A DNA stretch of 64,000 nucleotides. It comes from an uncultured Bacilli bacterium (GTDB lineage: Bacteria > Bacillota_I > Bacilli_A > RF39 > UBA660). Every line of letters starts with the position of its first letter. Position 1 is the stretch's first letter. The position numbers and the translations under genes are program-made. Under the pieces are notes generated by a model, which did no database searches, was not told where the DNA came from, and saw only the letters and a program-made list of their open reading frames with translations. This document shows, piece after piece, positions 22,640-30,817 of the stretch. Where the stretch lies: NCBI GenBank assembly GCA_910580185.1, contig CAJTWC010000003.1, positions 34,304-98,303 on the forward strand. Direction: 5' to 3'.

Positions 22640-23700
22640 TGAAGAGTGTTAATTATAAATATTTAAACATACTCTTAATTTTAGGAATAGCTTACTTGCT
22701 ATTTTTAATGAAAGATGTATGGCTTGGGGTTGTAACTAAAATATTTAATATATCTTTTCCTTTTATAATAGCATTTGGTATAGCATATGTCTTTTATCCG
22801 TTTTTAAAGTTTTTAATAAAAAAAGGGATTCCTAAATGGTTATCTGTTTTAATAATAATTTTAAGCGTATTATTAATTGTTGGATTAACTACTTATTTTG
22901 TATTTCCTTTATTTATTGATCAATTAATAAATCTTTTATCTAGTATTTCTAAAGTAACCAGTGATTTAGGTTTAAAATATGGGATTGATATGAATACCAT
23001 AAATAGTTATGTAATCAATTTATCATCAAAATTATTAGAGTCAGTTGGAACATTTATATCAAGCGGAAGTTTAATTAAAGTTTTATCAGGTTGGGTTGAT
23101 GTAATAACTAAATTTATAATAATATTTATTGTTAGTATATATTTCTTATCTGATATGCCTAAAATAAGATTGAAAATAAAAGACTTTATGAAGAAAAAAG
23201 ACAAAAAGAAATATGAACTTATTAAGAATATAGATAATGAAATATATAGCTATCTTAAAGGCCTTGGAATATTTATGATAATTCAATTTTTTGAATATAC
23301 GTTATTGTTCTTAATAATAGGACATCCAAACTTCTTACTTATCGGCATCTTAGCATGTATCACAACCGTTATTCCTTATTTCGGAGGTATCATAACAAAC
23401 TTAATTGCCCTTGTAATAGCATCAGTTATATCTTCTAAGTTGTTTATATTAACACTTATAATCACACTGGTATTTCCAAATATTGATGGTTATGTTATAT
23501 CACCTAAAATATACGGTAAAACAAATGAATTGCCAGCTATTCTAACCGTGTTTGTGGTGTTTGCAGGTGGAGCCTTATTTGGCTTTACCGGAATAGTAAT
23601 TGCAGTACCACTTACCATTATATTAATGGCTATTATAAAAGCATATAAGCCTGAAATAGAAAAAGGTTTTAAAAAGATTAAAAATAAAAATAAATTATAA
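22639..23700 (+). CDS. AI-2E family transporter (PerM/UPF0118)
   Basis: 353 aa with 8 TM helices and typical AI-2E topology; AAGGAGG RBS. Confidence 0.6.
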   Translation: MKSVNYKYLNILLILGIAYLLFLMKDVWLGVVTKIFNISFPFIIAFGIAYVFYPFLKFLIKKGIPKWLSVLIIILSVLLIVGLTTYFVFPLFIDQLINLLSSISKVTSDLGLKYGIDMNTINSYVINLSSKLLESVGTFISSGSLIKVLSGWVDVITKFIIIFIVSIYFLSDMPKIRLKIKDFMKKKDKKKYELIKNIDNEIYSYLKGLGIFMIIQFFEYTLLFLIIGHPNFLLIGILACITTVIPYFGGIITNLIALVIASVISSKLFILTLIITLVFPNIDGYVISPKIYGKTNELPAILTVFVVFAGGALFGFTGIVIAVPLTIILMAIIKAYKPEIEKGFKKIKNKNKL

Positions 23701-23729
23701 AAAAGTGGTAAAAAAATATCACTTTTTTC
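23700..23729 (+). terminator. intrinsic terminator after the AI-2E gene
   Basis: AAAAGTG-loop-CACTTTTTT. Confidence 0.4.
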
Positions 23730-23834
23730 ATATTTTTAGGGGATTTTTAAAATTTTTGACTAACAATTAATTAGGAGGCAATAGAAACTAGCTTTGTTTT
23801 CCATCTTACTAGAATAGGAAGGTGGGTGATATTT

Positions 23835-23924
23835 ATGAGGTTTAGATTTGAAATAAAATTTAGTCCAAAATTAATTATCATATTATTACTTGTAATAGCC
23901 CTAGTGTTAATTACTAGTATATAA
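23835..23924 (+). CDS. 29-aa hydrophobic peptide (MRFRFEIKFSPKLIIILLLVIALVLITSI), candidate type I toxin-like small membrane protein
   Basis: Strong SD AAGGTGG 9 nt upstream; single predicted TM helix; stop codon abuts a 16-bp bidirectional terminator hairpin; missing from the ORF track because of its size. Confidence 0.4.
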   Translation: MRFRFEIKFSPKLIIILLLVIALVLITSI

Positions 23925-24005
23925 GAAAAACAGAGTTAGTGACAAACTAGCTCTGTTTTTCAATAAACAAAACATATGGAAAACAACTAGTAATGTTGCT
24001 TCCTT
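23918..24005 (-). ncRNA. candidate convergent antisense small RNA overlapping the terminator of the 29-aa ORF
   Basis: Minus-strand promoter with -35 TTGAAT (plus 24036-24041), 17-nt spacer and -10 TATAAT (plus 24013-24018); transcription runs into the bidirectional terminator, giving an RNA of about 85 nt. Confidence 0.3.
23925..23961. terminator. bidirectional intrinsic terminator (16-bp stem, GACAA loop)
   Basis: GAAAAACAGAGTTAGT / ACTAGCTCTGTTTTTC pair perfectly apart from one G-U pair. Confidence 0.6.
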
Positions 24006-24098
24006 CATTTATATTATATATTAAATTTTGTAGTTATTCAATTATTTTATCTTTCTTTTTTTTAAATAATGATATATAATTAAATCATAGGAGGATAT

Positions 24099-24653
24099 AT
24101 GAAAATAGCATTAATAATTATTTTAGTAATCGTAGTATTAATAGTAATGTATTTAATATCTACGTATAATTCACTTGTTGGATTAAGAAATAAGGTAAAG
24201 GATCAATGGTCACAAATCGATGTTGTGTTAAAAAACAGAAACGATTTAATACCAAATCTAGTTGAAACTGTTAAAGGTTATGCAAAACATGAAAAAGAAA
24301 CTTTAGATGCTGTTATAAACGCAAGAAGTAAAGCTGCTAACGCAACTTCTGTTGAAGAAGAAATGAAAGCTGCTGGTGAAGTTACACAAGCTTTAGGTCG
24401 TTTATTTGCAATCGCTGAAAGTTATCCAGATTTAAAAGCTAATACTAACTTTTTAGATTTACAAAGTAAATTAAATGAAGTTGAAGAAAAAATACGTTTT
24501 GCAAGACAGTTTTATAATGATACAGTTTTAAATTATAAAAACAAACTTGAAATGTTTCCATCTAATATAGTAGCTAATATGTTTGGCTTTAAACCAGAAG
24601 CTTTCTTTGAAGCTACTGAAGAAGAAAGAAAAAACGTACAAGTTAAATTTTAG
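24099..24653 (+). CDS. lemA: LemA family protein
   Basis: N-terminal TM, then the YNSLVGLRNKVKDQWSQIDVVLKNRNDLIPNLV signature typical of LemA; 184 aa. Confidence 0.85.
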   Translation: MKIALIIILVIVVLIVMYLISTYNSLVGLRNKVKDQWSQIDVVLKNRNDLIPNLVETVKGYAKHEKETLDAVINARSKAANATSVEEEMKAAGEVTQALGRLFAIAESYPDLKANTNFLDLQSKLNEVEEKIRFARQFYNDTVLNYKNKLEMFPSNIVANMFGFKPEAFFEATEEERKNVQVKF

Positions 24654-24680
24654 TCTACTAACAAAGTAGACTTTTTTCTT
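24652..24680 (+). terminator. intrinsic terminator or attenuator between lemA and the DUF2207 gene
   Basis: AGTCTACT-AACAA-AGTAGACT followed by TTTTTTC. Confidence 0.5.
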
Positions 24681-24702
24681 TTAAAAGGAGGAGAAAAAGT
24701 GT

Positions 24703-26427
24703 ATGAAAAAAATATTTAAATTCATATCAATTGCTATACTATTATTTATTTTTCCGCTTGTTGTAAAAGCAAATAGTATATCTTCCATTGATATGGATAT
24801 ATACGTAGATGAAAGTGGCACTGCACACGTAACAGAAACTTGGAGTGCTAATTTAAATCAAGGTACCGAAGGATATAAACCATATTATAATCTTGGTAAC
24901 GCAAAAATATCAAATTTTAAAGTTAGTGAAAATGGTAAAACATATACATATAATGACTATTGGAACACTAATGATAGTTTTGATAAAAAAGCATATAAAA
25001 ATGGTATTAATTATATTTCGGATGGTTTAGAGCTGTGCTGGGGTATAAGTAGTTACGGATACCATAATTATGTTTTAACTTATGATATAGAAGGATTTGT
25101 AGCAACCCTTGATGATGCTGATATGATTTATTGGACGCTTATTCCATACGAATTGTCATCGAAACCAGATGACGTACATATTAAAATACACACTGATAAT
25201 TATTTAAGTGATAGTGTGCCAGTTTGGGGATATGGAAATTATGGTGGTACTGCATACGTATATGATGGTTATATAGAAATGAATTCTGAAGGCACATTAG
25301 AATCAAATGAGTACATGACCATATTAGTTAAATTTGATAAAGGAACGTTTAATACATCTAATACATTAAGTGAAGATTTTGATTACTATCATGATATGGC
25401 AGATGTTGGTGCAACAAAATATAAGGATGATAAAAAATCAAGCTTTTTAGATATTATAATGTCCATCTTTGCAATCGTTTTTCATTTTTTTATTTGGGTT
25501 GTTGTTGTAATAACTATCTCTAAAAGTATGAAGAATGCTGCTAATAGAGTTGGCACTAAGACCTTTAATTTTGGTCCACAAGGGAAAGTATTACCAAAAG
25601 ATATACCTAACTATCGTGATATACCATTTAATAAAGACATATTTAGAACTTTTTGGATAGCAGAAGGCTATAAATTAAATAAAAACAAAACAGATTTTTT
25701 AGGAGCAATTTTACTTAAATGGTTAAAAGAACAAAAGATATCTATAAAAAAAGTAGAAGCTGGTTTTATAAAGAAAAAGGAAGAAACCGCAATTGATTTA
25801 ACCAAGGAAATAACCTTTGATGAAGTATTAGAACAAGAATTATTTGATATGATGAAAGAAGCAAGTCGTGATGGTATCCTTGAATCTAAAGAATTTGAAA
25901 ACTGGTGTGATGATAATTATAGTGAAATTTTAACCTGGTTTGATAAGGTAATAGATAAGGAAACTGATGAATTAATTCTTGAAGGAAAAATAACCGTAAC
26001 AGAAAAAACTAACCTTAAAGTATTTAAGTCCAAGGAATACGTAGTTGATCCATCGATGAAAGAGGAAGCTATTAAATTAAAAGGATTAAAGAACTTTTTA
26101 GAAGAGTTCTCAAGAATAGATGATAAAGAAGCGATTGAAGTAAATATGTGGGAATATTATTTAATATATGCACAAATACTTGGAATTGCAGATAAGGTTG
26201 CTAAACAATTTAAGAAATTATATCCTGAAATTATCGATAATCCAGAACTTGGTTATACATATACTGACATTATGTTTATACATATGGTAAGTCATAGTGG
26301 AATGCGCACAGCAACTACATCACAACAAAGAGCACAAAGCTATTCATCTGGCGGCGGCGGATTCTCTTCTGGAGGAGGTGGAGGCGGCTCCTTCGGTGGT
26401 GGTGGAGGCGGAGGAGGCTTTAGATAG
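24703..26427 (+). CDS. DUF2207-domain membrane protein (LemA partner) with a Gly-rich C-terminal tail
   Basis: Signal peptide, central TM, and C-terminal SSGGGGFSSGGGGGGSFGGGGGGGGFR typical of DUF2207; encoded directly downstream of lemA. Confidence 0.7.
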   Translation: MKKIFKFISIAILLFIFPLVVKANSISSIDMDIYVDESGTAHVTETWSANLNQGTEGYKPYYNLGNAKISNFKVSENGKTYTYNDYWNTNDSFDKKAYKNGINYISDGLELCWGISSYGYHNYVLTYDIEGFVATLDDADMIYWTLIPYELSSKPDDVHIKIHTDNYLSDSVPVWGYGNYGGTAYVYDGYIEMNSEGTLESNEYMTILVKFDKGTFNTSNTLSEDFDYYHDMADVGATKYKDDKKSSFLDIIMSIFAIVFHFFIWVVVVITISKSMKNAANRVGTKTFNFGPQGKVLPKDIPNYRDIPFNKDIFRTFWIAEGYKLNKNKTDFLGAILLKWLKEQKISIKKVEAGFIKKKEETAIDLTKEITFDEVLEQELFDMMKEASRDGILESKEFENWCDDNYSEILTWFDKVIDKETDELILEGKITVTEKTNLKVFKSKEYVVDPSMKEEAIKLKGLKNFLEEFSRIDDKEAIEVNMWEYYLIYAQILGIADKVAKQFKKLYPEIIDNPELGYTYTDIMFIHMVSHSGMRTATTSQQRAQSYSSGGGGFSSGGGGGGSFGGGGGGGGFR

Positions 26428-26507
26428 CCTTCTTTTTTCTTATAATCAATTATAAATAAAGTAAAGTATTAAAAAATAGAAAAAGTATAGTATAATTAAT
26501 TATAGAG

Positions 26508-26753
26508 GTGATATTTTTGGCTAATAAATCTAATAATTATAGTGATAGTAACTTAAACGAGTATGATATTAGAAATTTTTTAAAAAAAGATGAAGAAAGA
26601 AAAGCTTTTCAAAGGGATAAAGTAAAAATAGAAGTTGGAGATCTTCCTAATATTCTTGATGGATCAAGTTTTTATGATCCGTATAAAAAGGGAGTTTCTT
26701 TTAAAAGCCCTGATGGAAAATCAAAAGTTTTTTCTAAAGACTGTATTATATAA
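26508..26753 (+). CDS. small hypothetical protein (TTG start)
   Basis: AGAGGTG RBS 6 nt before the TTG; 81 aa. Confidence 0.3.
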   Translation: MIFLANKSNNYSDSNLNEYDIRNFLKKDEERKAFQRDKVKIEVGDLPNILDGSSFYDPYKKGVSFKSPDGKSKVFSKDCII

Positions 26754-26759
26754 TAGTAT

Positions 26760-26788
26760 TTGACTAATCTTTAAAAATATAATAAAAT
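26760..26788 (+). promoter_or_regulatory. sigma70-like promoter (-35 TTGACT, 17-nt spacer, -10 TAAAAT) driving the T-box leader
   Basis: Read directly from the sequence. Confidence 0.45.
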
Positions 26789-26793
26789 ATATT

Positions 26794-26935
26794 TAGTTTT
26801 TAGTAAGAAGTGACAACTTACAAATAAAATAAAAACTAGACAATTAAATAATATAAACAAAGAGCACTTATGTGAAATAGGGTGGCACCGTGGACAGATT
26901 TGTTCATCCCTATAACTTTAAGGCTCTTTTTATTT
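26794..26935 (+). promoter_or_regulatory. T-box-like leader RNA upstream of the GATase-hisS-ORF-aspS operon
   Basis: AAUAGGGUGGCACCGUGG at 26876-26893 matches the T-box consensus AAUUAGGGUGGNACCGCGG. A candidate antiterminator can be drawn as AGGG / 7-nt bulge UGGCACC / 7-bp helix GUGGACA:UGUUCAU / CCCU. A short stem-loop at 26794-26838 has a GAC (Asp) codon in its apical loop. A U-run lies at 26925-26935. A canonical terminator helix could not be drawn. Confidence 0.45.
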
Positions 26936-26949
26936 AATAAGGAGTGCTT

Positions 26950-27570
26950 ATGAAAAAAGTAGCAATATTACTTAGACTTAATAGAAAAGAAGAAAACGCT
27001 AAAGAAACGTTTTGGATAAAAGAAGACGTGATTAATGTTTTCAAAAATTATGATGTTAACTATTTTCTAATTCCTATGAATACCGCTTCGAATGATGATT
27101 ATGATAACATCATTGAAAAGATAAAGATGGCAGACGGTGTTATTATTCCAGGAGGAGTACGTGGTGGTTCTAAAATGGAACTAGATATTGTTAAATATTT
27201 ATATGATAATGATATCCCAACCATCGGTGTTTGCTTCGGACATCAAAGTATGGGCGTAGTATTTGGTGGTAAAAAAGAAAACGTAGAGGGCCACCATAAA
27301 TTAGGAGAAAAATATGTCCATTATGTTAATATAAATAAGGATTCTTTATTATATAAGATAATAGGTAAAGAAAGATTACTAGTTAATAGTAAACATAAAA
27401 AAATAGTTGTTGGTACAAGCTTGGATATTTCAGCATATAATGATGAAAATATGCCAGAAGCATTTGAAGATAAAACTAAAAAATGTTTTATAGGAGTACA
27501 ATGGCATCCAGAAAGTATAATGGATCTTGATAACAAAAAAATATTTGATTACTTTATAAGTAAGTTATAG
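26950..27570 (+). CDS. class I glutamine amidotransferase-like protein (peptidase C26 / gamma-glutamyl hydrolase family)
   Basis: GVCFGHQ nucleophile motif and QWHPE; AAGGAG RBS 7 nt upstream of the ATG at 26950. Confidence 0.65.
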   Translation: MKKVAILLRLNRKEENAKETFWIKEDVINVFKNYDVNYFLIPMNTASNDDYDNIIEKIKMADGVIIPGGVRGGSKMELDIVKYLYDNDIPTIGVCFGHQSMGVVFGGKKENVEGHHKLGEKYVHYVNINKDSLLYKIIGKERLLVNSKHKKIVVGTSLDISAYNDENMPEAFEDKTKKCFIGVQWHPESIMDLDNKKIFDYFISKL

Positions 27571-27583
27571 AAAGGAAGATATT

Positions 27584-28939
27584 ATGATAACTAAACCAAA
27601 AGGAACAAAAGATATTTATGGGGTAGAAGCTAAAAGATGGCAGTACGTATCTAAGGTAATAGACGAGGTAATGGAAAAGTATAATTATAACTTTATACGT
27701 GTTCCAGTATTTGAAGCAAGCGAATTATTTCATAGAGGAGTTGGAGAAACAACTGATATAGTAACAAAAGAAACTTATGATTTTACTGATCGTGGTGGTC
27801 GATGCATGACTCTTAGACCAGAAGGTACTGCGGGAGTTGCTAGATGTTTCATTGAAAATAAAATGTATGGTGATAATAACCAGCCAATAAAACTTTATTA
27901 TAATTGTCCGATGTATCGATATGAAAGACCACAAGCAGGAAGATATAGAGAACTTACTCAATTTGGTTATGAACTTATTGGAAGTGATGATCCACTAGCA
28001 GATGCTGAAGTAATAAGCCTTGCCGTTAACATATATAAAATACTTGGTTTAAAGGGAATTAAAGTTAATATTAACTCATTAGGGGATGCTGAATCTAGAA
28101 ATAACTATAGAGAAGCTTTAATTAATCACTTTAAACCACATATAGATGAGTTATGCTCTGATTGCAAAGAAAGATTAGAGAAAAACCCTTTAAGAATACT
28201 TGATTGTAAAGTTGATGCTGATAAAGAAGTTATGAAGACGGCTCCTAAAACAATAGATTACCTAAATAAAGAATCTAAAGAAAGATTTGAGAAAGTAAAA
28301 GAGTATTTAGAAGTTATGGGCGTTGAATACATAGTTGATCCATCAGTAGTTAGGGGTCTTGATTATTATAATCATACCGTGTTTGAAGTAGAAGCTGATA
28401 TTGAAGGATTTGGTGCTCAAAACGTTATTGGTGGTGGAGGCCGTTATAATGGCATGATAGAGCAGTTAGGCGGGCCTAGTACTCCAGCGATTGGTTTTGC
28501 AGCAGGCTTTGATAGACTAATGCTTGCTTTAGAGTATGAAAAGGTAAATATACCGGTAAATGAAAGCGTAGATTTGTTCTTACTATACGTAAATGATGAT
28601 GAGAAAAAATACGCTGCATACTTAACTAATGAACTTAGAATGAATGGTTTTGTTGTAGAAACCGATTATTTAAATAGAAGCTTAAAAGCAGGATTTAAAC
28701 AAGCCGATAGGTTAAATAGTAAATTCACTATCGTACTTAATAGTGAAATGTTAGAAAATAACGAAGTCAAAATTAAAAATAATAAAACTAAAGAAGAAGA
28801 AACTATATCAATAGATGCACTAATTTATTATTTAGATGAAAATATAATAGAAGATGAAAATTGTGGATGCTCGCATGATGATCATGAATGTGGTTGTGGT
28901 GATTCATGCAAGTGTCACAACAAGGATAATAATGAATAA
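27584..28939 (+). CDS. hisS: histidine--tRNA ligase with an unusual Cys/His-rich C-terminal tail
   Basis: Typical HisS N-terminus MITKPKGTKDIYG and class II motifs; 451 aa; C-terminus ENCGCSHDDHECGCGDSCKCH. Confidence 0.95.
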   Translation: MITKPKGTKDIYGVEAKRWQYVSKVIDEVMEKYNYNFIRVPVFEASELFHRGVGETTDIVTKETYDFTDRGGRCMTLRPEGTAGVARCFIENKMYGDNNQPIKLYYNCPMYRYERPQAGRYRELTQFGYELIGSDDPLADAEVISLAVNIYKILGLKGIKVNINSLGDAESRNNYREALINHFKPHIDELCSDCKERLEKNPLRILDCKVDADKEVMKTAPKTIDYLNKESKERFEKVKEYLEVMGVEYIVDPSVVRGLDYYNHTVFEVEADIEGFGAQNVIGGGGRYNGMIEQLGGPSTPAIGFAAGFDRLMLALEYEKVNIPVNESVDLFLLYVNDDEKKYAAYLTNELRMNGFVVETDYLNRSLKAGFKQADRLNSKFTIVLNSEMLENNEVKIKNNKTKEEETISIDALIYYLDENIIEDENCGCSHDDHECGCGDSCKCHNKDNNE

Positions 28940-29495
28940 TTTCGAAATAAAAGAGCTTATAAGACAAAAATTTAATGCTATATCAGATCCAGTAGTTGCT
29001 AAAAACTATGATGGTTTTATTGATCAAGATGGATACTTTTATGCATCTGCCCTTAAGTATCGACATGAACCAAGTCATGCTGATTTAGCCCTTGATATAT
29101 TAACTTACTATGATATCATAGTAAATGATGAAAAAGGTGGAATCTTTAGCAAGGTAAAAGAATTCATGTTTTCATATGTAAAAGATGATTATGAAAGAAA
29201 AAAATTGGCGCATTTAAAAGCTCACGTTAATCCAACTAAAGAATTAATTGAAAAATTAAAATTTATGTATTATAGTCATTCTCAAAAAGCCAACAGAAGG
29301 CCTATTATAGAAATAAATGATATGGGAATAGTAAGTAGAGAACAAAAAAATATGTTGATAAGTATTTTACAATTAAATAATGAGTTATCTTTTTTACCAG
29401 ATGATTTAATAGGCGCTAAAAAAGAAGAAATGCACCAAAGATATGTTGATAACTATATTATAAAAAATATGAATAAGGAGAATATAAACAAATGA
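28932..29495 (+). CDS. hypothetical protein inserted between hisS and aspS
   Basis: The ATG overlaps the hisS stop (ATGAATAA); 187 aa; no known motifs. Confidence 0.45.
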   Translation: MNNFEIKELIRQKFNAISDPVVAKNYDGFIDQDGYFYASALKYRHEPSHADLALDILTYYDIIVNDEKGGIFSKVKEFMFSYVKDDYERKKLAHLKAHVNPTKELIEKLKFMYYSHSQKANRRPIIEINDMGIVSREQKNMLISILQLNNELSFLPDDLIGAKKEEMHQRYVDNYIIKNMNKENINK

Positions 29496-30793
29496 TTAAT
29501 TATAAAGAATGTATAAATAAAAAAATTACAATATCTGGCTTTGCTGAAAAGGTTAGAAATCTTCAATGGGTACAATTTATAGTACTTAGAAATGAAGGTC
29601 AAAGAATTCAAGTCACTATTGAAAAGTCTGATGAAAAAAATAAAGAAATGGTTGAAATTGTAGATAAGTTAACCAACGAGTCAACCATTACGGTAACTGG
29701 AACAATAAAGGAAAATGAAAAAGTTAAGATGGGCGGTATGGAGCTAATCCCAGAATCTATTACCGTAACTAGCTTATCAGCGCCTGAACTTCCTATTAAC
29801 ATAACTAATAAGGATGCAGCAGCAATTGATACTAGAATGGATAATAGATTTATTGACCTTAGAAACGATGTTAATTTTCATATATTTAAAATACAAACTG
29901 AATTCGTAAGAGCGATGAGACAGTATTTATATCAAGAAGATTTCACTGAAATTCATACTCCAAAATTAATTGGAGCAGCATCAGAATCAGGTAGTGAAGT
30001 ATTCGAAGTTGATTACTTTGGAGATAAAGCATATCTTGCTCAATCACCACAATTTTATAAACAAATGGCAATAGCAGCAGGATATGAAAGGGTATTTGAA
30101 GTAGCGCCAGCATTTAGAGCAGAAAATTCAAACACTAATAGACACGCAACAGAATTCACTTCATTTGACTTAGAATTTGCTAACATAAGATCATATGAGG
30201 ATGTTATGGCCGTCGAAGAAGACCTTTTAGTAGAAGGCCTTACTGCAGTTAAAGAAAAATATGGAGATTTAATAAAAGAATTATATGGCGTTGACGTAGT
30301 AGTTCCAACTAGGCCATTCCCTAGAATAGACTTACAAGATTTATATAAAGAATTAAGTGAAAGATATGGTTATAAAGTACCCGATCATGATATTGGTGAT
30401 ATGAATGCCGAAGCAGAAAAATTAACTAGTCGTTATGCGATGGACGTATATGGTCATGAATTTATCTTTGTAACTGGTTTTAGTAAAGCAAAAAGACCAT
30501 TCTACCACATGAGAAAAGATGGTATTCCTCAAGGTTATGACCTTATCTGGAAAGGTACTGAAATAACAACTGGGGCACAAAGAGAACATAGATACGATGT
30601 GTTAGAAGCTCAAGCAAACGAAAAAGGTTTAGGAGAGGATATTAAATTTTATAAAGACTTCTTTAAATATGGATGTCCACCACACGGAGGCTTTGCGCTT
30701 GGAATTGATAGAATGACAATGTTACTTTTAGGATTACCATCATTAAAAGAAACAATGTTCTTATTTAGAGGGCCAAACAGAATTACACCTTAA
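29492..30793 (+). CDS. aspS: aspartate--tRNA ligase, archaeal/type-2 (short, about 433 aa)
   Basis: Class IIb motifs (FRAENSNTNRHATEF; GGFALGIDRMTMLLLGL); C-terminal ...FRGPNRITP ending typical of AspRS2; much shorter than the roughly 590-aa bacterial AspS. Confidence 0.8.
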   Translation: MINYKECINKKITISGFAEKVRNLQWVQFIVLRNEGQRIQVTIEKSDEKNKEMVEIVDKLTNESTITVTGTIKENEKVKMGGMELIPESITVTSLSAPELPINITNKDAAAIDTRMDNRFIDLRNDVNFHIFKIQTEFVRAMRQYLYQEDFTEIHTPKLIGAASESGSEVFEVDYFGDKAYLAQSPQFYKQMAIAAGYERVFEVAPAFRAENSNTNRHATEFTSFDLEFANIRSYEDVMAVEEDLLVEGLTAVKEKYGDLIKELYGVDVVVPTRPFPRIDLQDLYKELSERYGYKVPDHDIGDMNAEAEKLTSRYAMDVYGHEFIFVTGFSKAKRPFYHMRKDGIPQGYDLIWKGTEITTGAQREHRYDVLEAQANEKGLGEDIKFYKDFFKYGCPPHGGFALGIDRMTMLLLGLPSLKETMFLFRGPNRITP

Positions 30794-30817
30794 TGCTGGT
30801 AAAAAATAGGAGGGTTT

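Noticed and set aside
26340-26420. GC-rich short tandem repeat (GGC/GGA units), considered as a possible CRISPR array or mobile element
   Set aside because: It lies in frame within the DUF2207 gene and encodes a Gly-rich low-complexity tail; there are no spacer/repeat periodicity or cas genes
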